From: Octopus vulgaris
Lineage: Eukaryota
Reading direction: 5' to 3'
Assembly: GCA_951406725.2 (NCBI GenBank)
Contig: OX597826.1
Location: 81,964,001 to 82,028,000 of the forward strand
DNA length: 64,000 bases
Positions 1 through 13,790 of this stretch are shown here, piece after piece; positions within the stretch are counted from its first letter, which is position 1; the number at the start of each line of letters is the position of its first letter. Both the position numbers and the translations under genes were made by a program. The notes beneath the pieces are model-generated. The model was not told where the DNA came from. It ran no database searches and saw only the letters and a program-made list of their open reading frames with translations.

Positions 1-439
1 ACGTGTATATCTTCGAGAAATTATTAAGAACTTCGCTTAAGCATTTTGATAATTTCCATCAAGTTTTTCTTGCCTACGGATTTTCTGTTTTATTGAACAA
101 TTTAAACGCGTATAACTACATTTTACATTTTATTGAACTAATTAAAATATGTAATTAAACAAAATGAATAAATAAAACAAGGAAAAACAGATAATGGAAC
201 ATTATTAAAAATGCTTTGCTGTTCTATATTCAATACCAGGCAGTTTCAAAAACAGCATGTAAAACATACATACATGCATGCATGCATACGTACATACATA
301 CATACACACAGGCAAACATATATATATATATAGACAGACACACATATAAACATATATATCTACATGTCTGTATATGTGTGTATACAAACACATACACCCC
401 CACACAAGTACATATACAAACGTATATAAATGTATATGT

Positions 440-491
<52 letters not shown>

Positions 492-545
492 GTATTTATA
501 TACATACATACATATATACACACACAAATATATACATATATATAT

Positions 546-660
546 TCTTTCAGTTTCCGTCTACCATATCCACTCACAAGTCTTTGGCCGGCCTTTGCCG
601 AAGGTGCCACGCAGTGGGACTGCACCAGGAACTATGTGGATGCTAAGCAAGCTACTTAAC
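546..660 (-). mobile_element. tRNA-derived SINE, family A (my label), 5' part
   Basis: ctttcagtttccgtctacca..ccactcacaag..gccacgcagtgggactg matches the longer copy at 47395-47775. Confidence 0.8.
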
Positions 661-1180
661 ACACACACACACACATTAAATATATATGTATATATATATG
701 GAGAGAGAGAGAGAGGCTCAGAGACAGAGAGAAAATAAAGTTAACTAAAAAAAACAAAGAAAAATAACAAAAGAAAGATAAGATTTACCAAATATTGTAC
801 TTAATTGAACGCTTAAAAATGAGTGACTTTGCCTGAACGATTGGTCGTTGGTCGTTGTTTAGAATCAGATTAGAGGGGAAATATGAAGGAGCATGGGAGG
901 GAGAAAAGAGAGGGAGAGAGAGAGAGGGAGCGAGAGAGAAAGGACGAGACAGAGAGAGCGAGAGAAAGTATGAGAAAATCGATGAGGGTTAAAAGCCAGG
1001 AAGGAATGTGGTTATATGAAGGGGGTAGGGGTGAAGATAGGATGAATGGGTAAGTGTGTGGGGGTATAGGTCAAGTCTTGAGATGGGTGAGTTTGCTTTG
1101 TGTGTGGATTCGTTGGTGTGTGTGTGTGTGTGTGTGCAGAGGTGTACAGGTACAGAAGTGCAGTAGTTTCATGTTAACGT

Positions 1181-1214
<34 letters not shown>

Positions 1215-2183
1215 AAATGTGTGAGTGTAATCGTTAAGCGTAAGGAAGACGTGGGAGTCAAGGTGGGAGCGACGGTGCTGTATAAAGGAAGGCAAGAGGG
1301 ATATAATGAAAATCTATGTCGGATTAAAGGTGCGATATGGTGTAATGTAGAGCAGAGGTTGGAATAATGGATATAATGCAACGCAAGTGTAACAAATCTG
1401 TTTTTGGGTCCTGTGAGGGCGGGTGGCGGGTGGGACAAGAGTAATGTGACAAAAGTGAATGTAAAGCAGAAAACGGAAATAAAGGAACGAAGAAATATGA
1501 AATAAATGAAAAAACAAAAAAAATATACAAAAAAAGCGTGGGTAAAAATAGCAAAGTAAGCGAGTTGAAGGAGAGACGAGTCGTGAGAGTTAAGTTAGCG
1601 AAATGGGAAAAAATGGTAAAAAAAAAAAAAAATTGCAGCATGTCACTGATAATAAATAAATACAAATACAATTCTGGTAAAAAATTCCAGGGAGCTTCTA
1701 AGCTAACGCAAAGTCTGGAGAGATAGAGATGTCCATATAATGCGCGGAGCTGATAAGCAAAAATAAGAAGGCAACGGATAAATGTGTAAGAACATGGCGG
1801 AGTTTTTGAGACGATTAAAATGGAAAGGAGAGAATGAGGGTACAACGAAACGAAACTTAAAAACATACAAAACTAGGAACAAAATGAAAAGTAAAAGAGA
1901 CAAAACGGAAAGCGTACAAAAATACTTCCCGATAAATATAGAAAGAAATTACAAGGTAAAGTAAAAGTGTAAAAATGATAACGTTCGTTCTATATTAAAA
2001 TAAGGAAAAACACTCAAAACAAGCAGACGACAGCAAAATGTAAGATTAACAGAATACTTAACTGGTTTGAGATGAATATATACATATATATATATATACA
2101 TATATCCCTTTATCTTTGTGTTGTGGATTTTACATAACCAATTTAATTAGTTCAATTTTATCTCCAACGTTACACCCAGTTTC

Positions 2184-2232
<49 letters not shown>

Positions 2233-2823
2233 GTGTGTATCTATGTAAGTTATGTATGTATTCTTTTCCAATATCTTTTTGTAAAGAACGGATTTTACTT
2301 ATTAAAACTTCTTAAAGATTATTCTCTCTTCTTTGTTCATATGTACATACAGACCTACATTATATACATACATATATATATATATATATACACATATATA
2401 TTGAGGAAGGGAATGAAAGGAGCGTGTGTGACCAATTTTCCCGTCCCCCTCTTCCTTTCTCTGGTGCGTTTTTTCTTCTCTTTCTTTCTATAACATGAAA
2501 ATTTTCCTTTGCGCAGAGAGAGAGAGAGATTAAACAAGTCAATGAAGGAGAGAGTGAGAGCGACTGATGTCCTAATAGGCTAATGTTTGCTATCAACCGT
2601 GTTTCTTGTCTGCATTCTGATGCATGTTGTTTTGCATTCTGTCACAGACGCACGCCTACACGGACGGATGGACGCCGCTGCATGACACCTGGCATTTCGT
2701 TAATTGCGTCTCAGACTCTGATGATTATTGCATCAGATCAAGAGTATTACGTCGTAGCAGCGATATAGGTGTTCGTGTTTACGAACAAGCTATGTATGTG
2801 CATGTGCGTGTATATACACATAA

Positions 2824-2856
<33 letters not shown>

Positions 2857-2924
2857 TACACATATATGTACATGTACATATATATATATATACATATATA
2901 TACATACTCACACACATACATATA

Positions 2925-3073
2925 TATATACATACACACGCATACATATACATACACACGCATACATATACATACACACGCATACATATACATACACACA
3001 CATACATATACATACACACACATACATATACATACACACACATACATATACATACACACACATACATATACAT

Positions 3074-3090
<17 letters not shown>
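2925..3090. repeat. 20-bp minisatellite (CATACATATACATACACACR)n
   Basis: About 8 consecutive near-identical 20-mers, directly visible. Confidence 0.9.
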
Positions 3091-3129
<39 letters not shown>

Positions 3130-3539
3130 TGTGTATATATGATTATATATGTATATATATATGTGTGTGTGTATATATATATACATATACACACACTCAC
3201 AAGCGCATCCTGTAATGCCGCAAAACATATGGCAGTGGCTTTGTGTATGTGTATCTCACGTGTGTGCGCGCGGGCGTGTACGTGTGTGTGTATGTGTGTG
3301 TGTGTGTGTGTGTGATTGTGTTCCACATTGTATGGTTTAGGAGGAGAGAGAGAGAGAGAGTTTGTTAAAAGCCTTCTCGTAGACAATGGCTGCACACAAC
3401 AAAAAAAACACTTGTGTCTCAACACTCCGAAATAGAATATTGTTGAAGTAGAGAGCGAAATGGTCGGTTAATGTTTAAGGAGCGCTTTCGCAGACGCAGC
3501 AGTGTCACCATTCTTTCAACATAATGTCCTCTTTACAAG

Positions 3540-4450
3540 GATGAGGTTGATGCTACCGCTGATGATGATGATGATGATGATGGCAAGACGGCAATGGGAA
3601 GACAGTGGAGGCGGTGCCGATGGTGGTGCTGGTGTTAGAGGTGATAGTAATAGCGACGGCGGTGAAGTTGGTGATGATGATGATGATGTGGTGGCGGTGG
3701 GTGTGGGTGTGTTAGTGTGTGGCGGTTCTATTCACGTAACTGAAGGGGAGAGGTTGCCGGGGCGATGGTGACGTGTTGTGATGACGATGATAATAGTGGT
3801 GGTGGTGGTGGTGGGGAGAACATGTCGGCCGTCGTGATGCTATGGTTGTGATGATGATAGTAAGAGGGCGGGGCGTGTACTGTAATTAAGTTGTTGAAGA
3901 TGAAGTTGGCGGAATTGATGGTGATGGTGGTGGTGGTGGGGGTTGTGGTTGTGGCAAGCGATGTGGGACGGGGTGGGGGGCAAGCGGCAGTGAATAGATG
4001 ATGCTGATGGTGATGATGATTGGTGGTATTGTTGCTAAGGTGGTTGTAATGTGGTGATGAAGTCGTTGAAGGTTGATGAATGGTGGGGGGTGGGTGAGGG
4101 TGTTCATAGGAGGGGTTGGTGGGGGGATGGGGTAATGGTGGAGTCGGGTGGGGTTGTTAGTCATGTTGTTCACTGTGGTCGGGAAAGAAGAGTCATTGGT
4201 AGTTTTTATTGGCATTCGTCGTTTTTATGTTGTAGTGATAATGATGATGATGATGATGATGATGAAGAGGAAGGGGTGGAGGTGATGGCGGAGGTTGTCG
4301 ATGTTGTTGATCTGTTGTGGTTGTAGTTAAAAGAGATGATAAGTGATAGGAAATATTGTGGGCGGCAAGTTTGTTTCAAACAACTATTTCTAGATGAAGG
4401 TGATGTTTATCAGTGTAGGTGTGTGTGTGGGGTGGTGGCGGTGGTGCTGT
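3540..4450. repeat. GT-rich low-complexity tract (GAT/GGT repeats)
   Basis: Degenerate (GAT)n and (GGT)n; the ORFs here are compositional artefacts. Confidence 0.75.
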
Positions 4451-6182
4451 AGTCTAAATCGCCAGCACAAGACAATGCCAAATGGCCATAGTTAGAAACA
4501 ACAGCTGGTACTACTTAAGTAAAACTATATATGCGCGCACACACACACATATATACATATACATATATATATTCGCAAAGCTATAAAGAAAACTAAACGA
4601 AACGTTGATGATAATATCGATAATGTCATAATAAATTTTCCTCTCTAACGTAGAGAGTCACAAAATGACACCAGATTTTTTATTCTAATTGGGCGCAAGG
4701 GCTGATATTTAAAGGGAGGAGGTTAATCGATCAAATCGATCTTGAGGACAGTGCAAAGGACAGACATACAACAAAACAGAAAAAGAAATCATGAAGAAAA
4801 AAATCAAAAAAAATTTAGATTTCCCAATTGTGTGTGTGTGTGTGTGGGGGGGTCTATAAGAAACCGCACAGCTTTTGGCTTCGACCTATCATCGCACTGG
4901 GTTATCATCAGCCCCACCAACCCCTCCTACGAAAACAATCTCTACCGAATTCGCGTCAAAGCGTTAATGAACAACACACGTAGAAAAAGAAGACGAAATA
5001 CTAAAAATGGACAACTGAAGACTTTGCAATTTTGTGGTTGTGTTTAGGACTCATTGTTAATGGTGTCTCCAATGCACGATGCTGAATTTTATCTTTAGTC
5101 GAAAAAATCGTATTTTTTTCCTTTTTTCTTTTTGCAACGAAACGATCTTGTAACGAATTCAGCACTTCGTCTGGTAAACAAGCAAATTCTTGAGAAAATT
5201 ATTGATACTAGTTCTTCGGACGAAGAGTTTGTCCTTACGCAGGCAATGAGAATGATGTGAACAATGAAACTGGCAAAAGAGATGCGGAAAATAGAGATTC
5301 GCGCGGACAAACAGAGTCGTTGAAAGATAGACTTATCATTGCTATTCTCCTGATTTTTTTTTTTTTTTTGAGATTCTGTCCATTAGTTTGCCAGCTGTGA
5401 AATACGGTATTAGAGAGATAGGTCTAGTATTGTTAGGTGGACTGTTAGGTTAGACAAAGGTCTGAGAGGAACAGTCCGGTCACTATGGCATGAGAGCTTT
5501 CCCACCTGTCGTTTGTGATCTACAGGAACAAGTGAGAAGCCAGTATTTTGGGAAAAAGGAAAGAAATAGTCGGCAGGACTTCATTATAAGAACTCTGGCG
5601 GGTTGAAATGGTGACTTAATTTCGGCCTCATTTAAACACATAACTGAAAATAACGAAACAAAAGCATTTCTCCCGATGCTCTACCGATTCCACTATTAGC
5701 AATAACAATTCTTATGGAGATTGGCACAAAAGCTCGACAATCGTTTGCTAAACGCTTTATCATTCCTAGCGTTCATCGCACATACATTTGTGTGAGCGAG
5801 GTGTCGTCCCGATTTATGCGGCCCCCGTTTACACCGCTGACAGGATGGGGAATTTCAAGTGAAAGACCCCGAACAGATATCACCTACAGTGTCCCTTGGG
5901 CCAGAGGACAGTGGAATGATTTCGCACGTCTTGTAATCCCCCTCTTTTTTCTTCTATGCAGAACCAAGGACTTCGTCGACTGGACGAGACCGACCGATAA
6001 TGTCTCTCACTCTGCCCCTCTTCCAATGTATGTATATATCTTTCCCCCTCCATCTACACACATGTATTTCATGTTGATGCCTATGTAACATCTCTTTGGT
6101 TCCCATTGCCACTTTATATTCATCTAACATTATGTCCTGAACCATACACACACCAGGTTATTAGTCTCACTATGCCTAAGCG

Positions 6183-6213
<31 letters not shown>

Positions 6214-6392
6214 TAAATAAAATAAAACATATACATATATATAAACATATATGTACGTACCTATCACTACATGTACATATACACGCATATATGAGTACAG
6301 GACACCAAAAGGACGTCGAACACAATGAGAAACGAAAACATAGACACAAACCAAAGGAACTGGACATTTTTTTAAACAACAAAATATATATA

Positions 6393-6437
<45 letters not shown>

Positions 6438-6439
6438 TA

Positions 6440-6597
6440 AAAACGACGGGCTTCCACATAGTCGTCGCCTCCCTGATTCACTCACAAGGCATGATCTGTC
6501 CGGGGACACAGTAGAAAGCCCCTGCCCAACGTTCAGGGCATTGAAAGTGAGCTCGAAACAACGTGGTCTTAGAGAAGCGGGCATCTCAATCACATAG
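6440..6597 (-). mobile_element. Old, diverged family-A-like SINE fragment
   Basis: acgacgggcttc..ttcactcacaaggc..agtagaaag..ctgcccaa resembles family A. Confidence 0.5.
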
Positions 6598-6708
6598 GGT
6601 AGGGTGGGGGGTGGGTGGTGATTCATATGTAGAATTTATATGAAATATTTTTCTAAATATTATTTCTGTATTATTTTATTTCAATGTTTATTGCACGAAG
6701 GAAATGGC

Positions 6709-6761
<53 letters not shown>

Positions 6762-8269
6762 ACTAAAATTCTGAAGAATCAAAAAATGTATTGAAAAACT
6801 TCTAAAATCATCCCCGAACGGCCTTTAAAATATCATTTCTGTTCGAATAGCCTTTGCAAAAACAAATCTCTTAATAAAAAAAAAATATTTGAAAAGCATC
6901 TGTGTGTGTGTGTGTGTATGGGAAGATATTTTTTTAAAATTCGTTTTTATAAATTTTGTTTGAGCATTATTTAATCATTAAGATGTTTGATTCAACACAC
7001 CATATTCGCTTGCTTAGGTATATTAATAAAAATATCAGAAAATAAAAAAAAAACTAACTAAACTGAGTAGACAGCCAACCAAAAAAGTCGATGTGCGTGT
7101 GTAAGAGAGAGAGAAAGAGAGGGAGTTTGTGTGAGTGTGTTTATATATTTTAAGGAACATAAAAATGATGTAGACTTGTTTTTTGTCATTTTCCTATTTC
7201 ACTGTTTTCCTTCCTATTTTACACAAAATACGATTTTAACTTGTTTTTCTAAAAAATAAAACAAAGACCCTCTACCTCACCACTTCAGTTGTTTTGTTTG
7301 TTTGTTTTTTGTTCTTTACTTTGATATCGCCACGTAACGCAACCATTATATCGAGCAGACCAAATGTTCAAGGAAGGCATTAAAAGCTTTTTATTTTTTC
7401 ATGAAATAATCAGAAAATGTACAAAGTGGTCCTGACAAAAATATCAAATTCAGCCGAGAGGCTATTTCGATTTTATTTCTAAAATGAATTTTGAAGTTGA
7501 TAAATGTAATACTTTTTTTTTTTCCCAAAATGACAAATAAAGTTAGCGTGAACATGCGTCCATTTATGTATACATGTTTGTGTCGTGCATATTTCTGATG
7601 CCTGTGAATGTGGTTGAACGTGCATGGTGGTGCATACATGTGCCTGCACCTGTGTGCACATGTATTTATAACCCTAAGTACATTTAGTTAACATGTGGCT
7701 GCGCGTGAGCATCCACTTGTGTGTTGCCTGTACACGATTTCCTTACTTCTCTTAACATAGTTTGCTAATATTTAAGATTATGACTTGACTAAGGCTCGGT
7801 CTTATTCTTGGCAAGAATTATGTGGGTAGCGGGCTACTACCCGCAAACTTAGGTATCCACTAGCTTTTAAGAGTCGTTCTTGTGCTTAGAACCCTTCTGG
7901 TAATCTTTCCTATCCTTAAGAGGCAAACTTTCGGTAGAAGTTCTACAGAGCAGCCTATTTCAATCTCCTTCAAGCATTTGTTTATGTTTTGGCTTACGAT
8001 TTCCAATGCATCAATTATTAGAGGCACACACTTTACACTTTTAATATTCCAATTATCATCATCATCATCATTAAGATGGCCAGCTGGCAGAGTCGTTACC
8101 GCACCGGAGAAAATGCTTAGCGGTATTTCGCCCGTCTTTACGTTCTGTGTTCAAATTCCATCGCAGTTTATGATTTCACGTTCTGAATATTAAAACTAAG
8201 CATAGCTACCAATCTGTTACGAGGAACATATGTATTACATATCTTATTTATCGTTCGCTTAGACAGATT

Positions 8270-8861
8270 TATTTCTTTATTGCTCACATGGGGCCAAACA
8301 GAGTAAATAAACAAGGACAGACAAAGGGGTTAAGTCGATTACATCGACACCAGTGCGTAACTGGTACTTATTTAATCGACCTCGAAAAAATGGAAGGCAA
8401 AGTCGACGTAATTTGAACTGAGGACGTAACGGCAGACGAAATACCTATTTCTCTACTACCCACAAGGGGCTAAACACAGAGAGGACAAACTCGGACAGAC
8501 AAACGGATTAAGTCGATTATATTGATCCCAGTGCGTAACTGGTCCTTAATTTATCGACCCCGAAAGGATGAAAGGCAAAGTCGACCTCGGCGGAATTTGA
8601 ACTCAGAACACAAAGACAGACGAAATACCTATTTCTTTATTACTCACAAGGGGCTAAACATAGAGATGACGAACAAGGACAAATAAAGGTATTAAGTCGA
8701 TTATATCGACCCCAGTGCGTAACTGGTACTTAATTTATCGATCCCGAAAGGATGAAAGGTAAAGTCGACCTCGGCGGAATTTGAACTCACAACGTAACGA
8801 CAGACGAAATACCGCTAAGCATTTCGCCCGGAGTGCTAACGGTTCTGCCAGCTCGCCGCCT
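8270..8861 (-). mobile_element. tRNA-derived SINE, family B (my label), with three tandem ~184-bp body units
   Basis: Head GGCGGCGAGCTGGCAGAA on the minus strand at 8860; B-box GTTCAAATTC; units 8270-8445, 8446-8629, 8630-8813. Confidence 0.9.
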
Positions 8862-10454
8862 TTCTTTTTTTATATTAGATATATCTCTCCCAAAGCCAAT
8901 CCAGTTGAGCATATTTACATTTTCAGTGAGAGCTTCTTAGCTACGTCATCCATTAGATCATCTTCTCACCCCAATATTTCTTTATCGCCAAAAAATCAAG
9001 CGTTCTTCCCGCTGCTCTTCTATCATTCTAAAGAATACTACCATTGATATTTTATGCTTTACGCGTTAAACAGCGAAAATATTTCTTTCAAGTTATTCTA
9101 ATTACATGGAATCCAGATTTAACTCCATTTTCTTTTGAGGGGACATAAATTTTAATAGCAGTTCCCTCCTGTCTCCCCATACAACATATTTCCACTAAAC
9201 ATATTAACTTTATTCTTTCTACCATTCTTATCTATAATTTTTTCACTCTCAGCCTAAGACAGATCGATATGTAATATTTTCCTTTTACAAAACATGTCAC
9301 CCTGTGTTTATGCATAAATGCGTAAGCGTGTGTTTGCAGGCATGCACATGTATATAATACAGGTAGTCTTGCAAGTTTACATTTACACACATACACACAC
9401 ACACACACACGTGCAAAGTGTGGTTACGCGGCTAAACTGTTCCTTTGGCTATTACATGGTTTTGGCTTCATTCTTATAGCGCAGCACCAGGCAACTCTGT
9501 TTCCTATTATAATCAGACTATGACCAATTCTTTGTGAATTTGGTACATGGAAACTGTAGAAGCTTGTGTGTGTGTGCGTGAGTTTGTGTATGTGTGCGCG
9601 AATGTAAGATTGTCGATTCAAATATGTGTGTAAACAAAGACCCCTGGTAACAAACGGAAGGGATCACAGAAAAACGAAATTGCTGGAATTTAGAAATGTG
9701 TGAAAAAATCCAAATCTTCTGTTTTATGCCTATAAATTATATCAAAACACACAGCTTAATTAATCTGAAGAATCGCTGAGGTAAAATTGTTGTATATTGC
9801 ATCTTGTTTCCATTTGTGACAGACGTTGATACATACGCACACATGCGACGACGTTAGCTTTGTGTGAGAGTTAATAATCATAGTTTAAAAAATTAAATAG
9901 TCAAACAAAAAATCTAGTTGGTTTTAGTTTCACACAAAACTGCTTCATACAAATATGCTGATTAACCATTAGACAAAATTTACATTTAGTTGTCTAATAC
10001 CAAAATTTGGCTCCATGAAAAATTAATTCAAACGCCCTTGAGCTATTTATACAAATGTTAACAGAAAATAGCTGGCAAAATGACTACACAACCTGACACA
10101 AATGCAGGCTTCGAAATCACATAAATACTACAATAATATACCTGAAGAGATGTTTGTACTCACCCAGATGTGAATTCCTGGAGCATAAAGTAATTCCATA
10201 AATGCCTAACACAAAGGGCATAAACTAATCATAGCTTCTAGAATCTAATTGAAGCTTGTCACACACACAAAAGAAACTATGTGTACCGTTATCTCTGCTT
10301 ATAAAGGTTAGTTAAGGTCTAGCTAATTTTTTAGTTTCACAGCTTGGCTATTAACACCTATCTTCCCCCATTTGGCCAATGGACTTCATTCTGACCTTAC
10401 AATGCAGCATGAAAAACTGTTTACTTGTTTAACTTAACATTATACGATAAAACA

Positions 10455-10790
10455 AAATGCGTAGCGGTATTTCGCCTGCGTTATGTTCTGAATTCAAATT
10501 CCGCCGAGATCGACTTTGTCTTTCATCCTTTCGGGGTCGATAAATTATATACCAGTTACACACTGGGGTCGATATAATCGACTTAATACCTTTGTCTGTC
10601 CTTGTTTGTTCCCTCTGTGTTTAGCCCCTTGTGGGTAATAAAGAAATAGGTATTTCGTCTGCGTTATGTTCTGAGTTCAAATTCCGCCGAGGTCGACTTT
10701 GTCTTTTATCCTTTCGGGGTCGATAAATTAAGTACCAGTTTCGACTGGCCCCTTTCCCCCAAATTTCGGACCTTGTGCCTAGAGTATAAA
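10455..10790 (+). mobile_element. SINE family B, headless, about 1.6 body units
   Basis: ttcaaattccgccgag..tcctttcggggtcgataaatta occurs twice. Confidence 0.85.
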
Positions 10791-11185
10791 AGAACGTTAT
10801 ACGATAAAATGTTTTATCATTTTCATAAATTCTTAACAGTGTATGTGTGTGTGTGCGAGCGTTTGTATGTGTGTGTATGTGAGTATGTTTGTAGGTGTGT
10901 TTCTATGCATGCACGGGAGTTTATTGAATATATACAAATAAAAGTGAAAGGGACCAGCCCCACTCCCTCAGGCATTTCACTCGGACGTATTTGAAATGGT
11001 GATTAGATCAAACATTAGTTGTCTTAGCATTTAACAGAAAACTCATCAAATTCATATATTCATTGAATATAATCATAATAAATTATAATTTATGTAATTA
11101 TATGTAATCATAAGAAATTATAATGAATTAATTGCGTTTATTGTAAGTTTATACTTAATTTATAATTGTCAAATATTGATATTAG

Positions 11186-11192
11186 TATTTGT

Positions 11193-11285
<93 letters not shown>

Positions 11286-11324
11286 GTATGTATGTATATA
11301 TATATATATGTATATGTATGTATG

Positions 11325-11360
<36 letters not shown>

Positions 11361-11412
11361 TGTATATATATAAATGTATGTATGTATATATATATATATG
11401 TATGTATGCATG

Positions 11413-11450
<38 letters not shown>

Positions 11451-11452
11451 TG

Positions 11453-11493
<41 letters not shown>

Positions 11494-11535
11494 TTATTTA
11501 TGAATGTATATATGTATGTATACATATATATATAC
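11186..11535. repeat. Compound (TA)n/(TATG)n microsatellite
   Basis: Directly visible; one of dozens of such tracts (e.g. 28058-28225, 30170-30240, 33165-33280, 55900-56056, 62935-63100). Confidence 0.95.
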
Positions 11536-13356
11536 TTTCTCTTTTTGCGAAACTGTGTGTTAAATAAAATTTGACAGAATTTGAAAATAGAAAATACAAA
11601 AAGTTTAATAAAAAAAAAGTACGTAACGAGATTCCATTATGTTAAGCTTAATTACATTTTCGAAAAGACATAATAAGATTTGCGAAAATAATTGAAATAA
11701 TGACCAGAAGAAAGAAATAAAGAAAGAATCGTGCATTAAAGGTAATGAAAATGATGGAGTTGGACGAAGTGTTTAATGTTGTTTTGAAGAGTATATTATT
11801 TGAATGAGTAAATTGTGGGGGACATCATTTCCTCTCTAAGAACAGTTTTTAATAAATTTCCTAATTTTGATAAGACACAAATACCAAGTAAACACTTGCT
11901 GATATATCTCTCCGTCTCTCCACCCCACTATCTCTCCTCCCTCTCTGTCTCTCCACCCCACTTTCTCTCCCCTCCGCTCTCATTCTCTCTGTCTCTCCAC
12001 CCCACTCTCTCCTCCCTCCCTCTCCTCTCTCTCTCTCTTTCTTTCTCCCTTTCTCTATTTCTTCCCCATCTCCCTTCCCTCTCTCTCTCTCTCAGCCTCA
12101 CAAATTGTCTTCTGTCGCACTCTTGTAGTTGTGTTCAAAAGTTCTTTAGTCAGTCTTAGCAATTAAAACCACTTTAGGACGCCGTGCACGCACGTGTATG
12201 TCTGAGTGTACACATGTGTGTGTGTGTGTGTGTAAGTGTGTGTGTGCGCGTTTGTTTACATGCATAAGTGTGAGCGCATTTATCTTTAATCTCTCTCTCT
12301 CTTTCGACAATCGCACCAGCACTCGATGTAAATTCTACTTATTCGTTGTTGAAACGACCGAGAGAGATAAACGTTTTTAATCAGGAAATAGAAAAGAAAC
12401 AGCAGCCGACATTTCACTACACATGAAAGTTTTGTGCCTGGTGGTGGTGGTGCGAGATATACTTCCGTTGCTGTTTTCTTTTCATTCTAATTGTCTCATT
12501 TTATAGATTTTAGTCAATAATTATCATATCATAACGAAAAAAAGAAAAAAAAAAGAAAACGTTACAGTTATATTTTACTGTAGAATATTTTATCCCCAGT
12601 CAAACGCGGGTGTTCGGTTGGCGTCGACTCTTCTGCAATAAATACTATGAGAGAAAATCTCACATTGACTTTTGATGCAAAATGCACTCTTGTTTGTATG
12701 GTTAGTGAAAAAATGAATCCCCGCCACCCCCAGCGCCGAGACCCCCGAACCACGTGGTTTAGACCTTCCTTGGTCTTCTCAATGATGGATGCCCGACGCT
12801 TAGCGATAGCAGCGACCCATCTCCCGGTCAGTGATGTATATATAAAAAAAAAACATTGCCAGAACAGGCGCTAGTGACGCAATTAGTCAATGAGCTTGTT
12901 AGAAAATGTATTAGCGACAGGGTCTGTATTAATACCGAGAAGTAATCTTTATCCCCAGTTAAATGTGGATGTTCTGTGAAAACAAACTATACTGCGCTAG
13001 ATACCACGAGAGAAACTCTCATATTGGCTTTTGGTGCAAAATGCACACTCGTTTATATCGCTGGAACTGTATCAATGTGACCTTATCCGTTAATCGTCAG
13101 ATGATAAAGAAGCTTTTCTTGTCTTCTTATTGTTATTTAGTGGGGAATCGTCTTAAAAGGATCTCAGCTATTCCAGCCGTGTCCATTCCATTTATTTAAA
13201 TCCGTATTTCCCAGAAATACAATATCAAATGCACCATTTTCTTGTCACACTCAGAAGTAGTGAACGTCTTTCTTCTTGGGGCGTGAGTTTCAATAAATGG
13301 TTTGACGCTCGTTATGCATAAATTAAAAAAGAGCGTGTGTGTGTGTGTGTGTGTAC

Positions 13357-13790
13357 CTTTTATCTGTTACTTCTTTCAGTCTTTAGACTGCAACCATGCT
13401 GGAGCACTATCTTGAAGGACTTTAGCCGAACGAATCGACGCCATGACTTCGTCTTCAAAACCTCGTACTTATTCTGTGGGCATATTTTGCCGAACCACTG
13501 AGTTACAGGGACGGAAACAACCCAGCACCGGTTGGCAAGCGGTGATGGAAGACAAATGTAGATATAAAGACACTCATGCACATAAACACAGACAGACACA
13601 CGCACGCGCACACACACACACACACATAGACGACGGACTTCATTTAGCTCTTCCGTCAACCGAATCCATTCACAAGGATTTGCTCAGTCCGACGCTATAA
13701 TAGAAATCACCTTGCCTAAGGTGCAATGCAGTGGGATTGAACACAGAACCATAAGGTTGCGAAATAAACTTCTTAACACACAGCCACACC
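13357..13790 (-). mobile_element. SINE family A, diverged near-full-length copy
   Basis: ccatgctggagcac..(CA)n..cgacggacttc..gcagtgggattgaac..cacagccac, collinear with 47395-47775. Confidence 0.8.

Noticed and set aside
5135-5330. Acidic peptide ILEKIIDTSSSDEEF resembling a piggyBac N-terminus
   Set aside because: Too short and low-complexity; no TIR or catalytic region found
5750-6010. GC-richer island, possibly a LINE ORF1/ORF2 junction
   Set aside because: No recognisable motif in any frame I translated
6771-6805. CTGAAGA..GAAA spacing
   Set aside because: No supporting helices; a chance match in A-rich DNA
8270-8813. Regularly spaced repeats suggesting a CRISPR-like array
   Set aside because: Whole 184-bp units repeat with no unique spacers; SINE-derived; eukaryotic context with no cas genes
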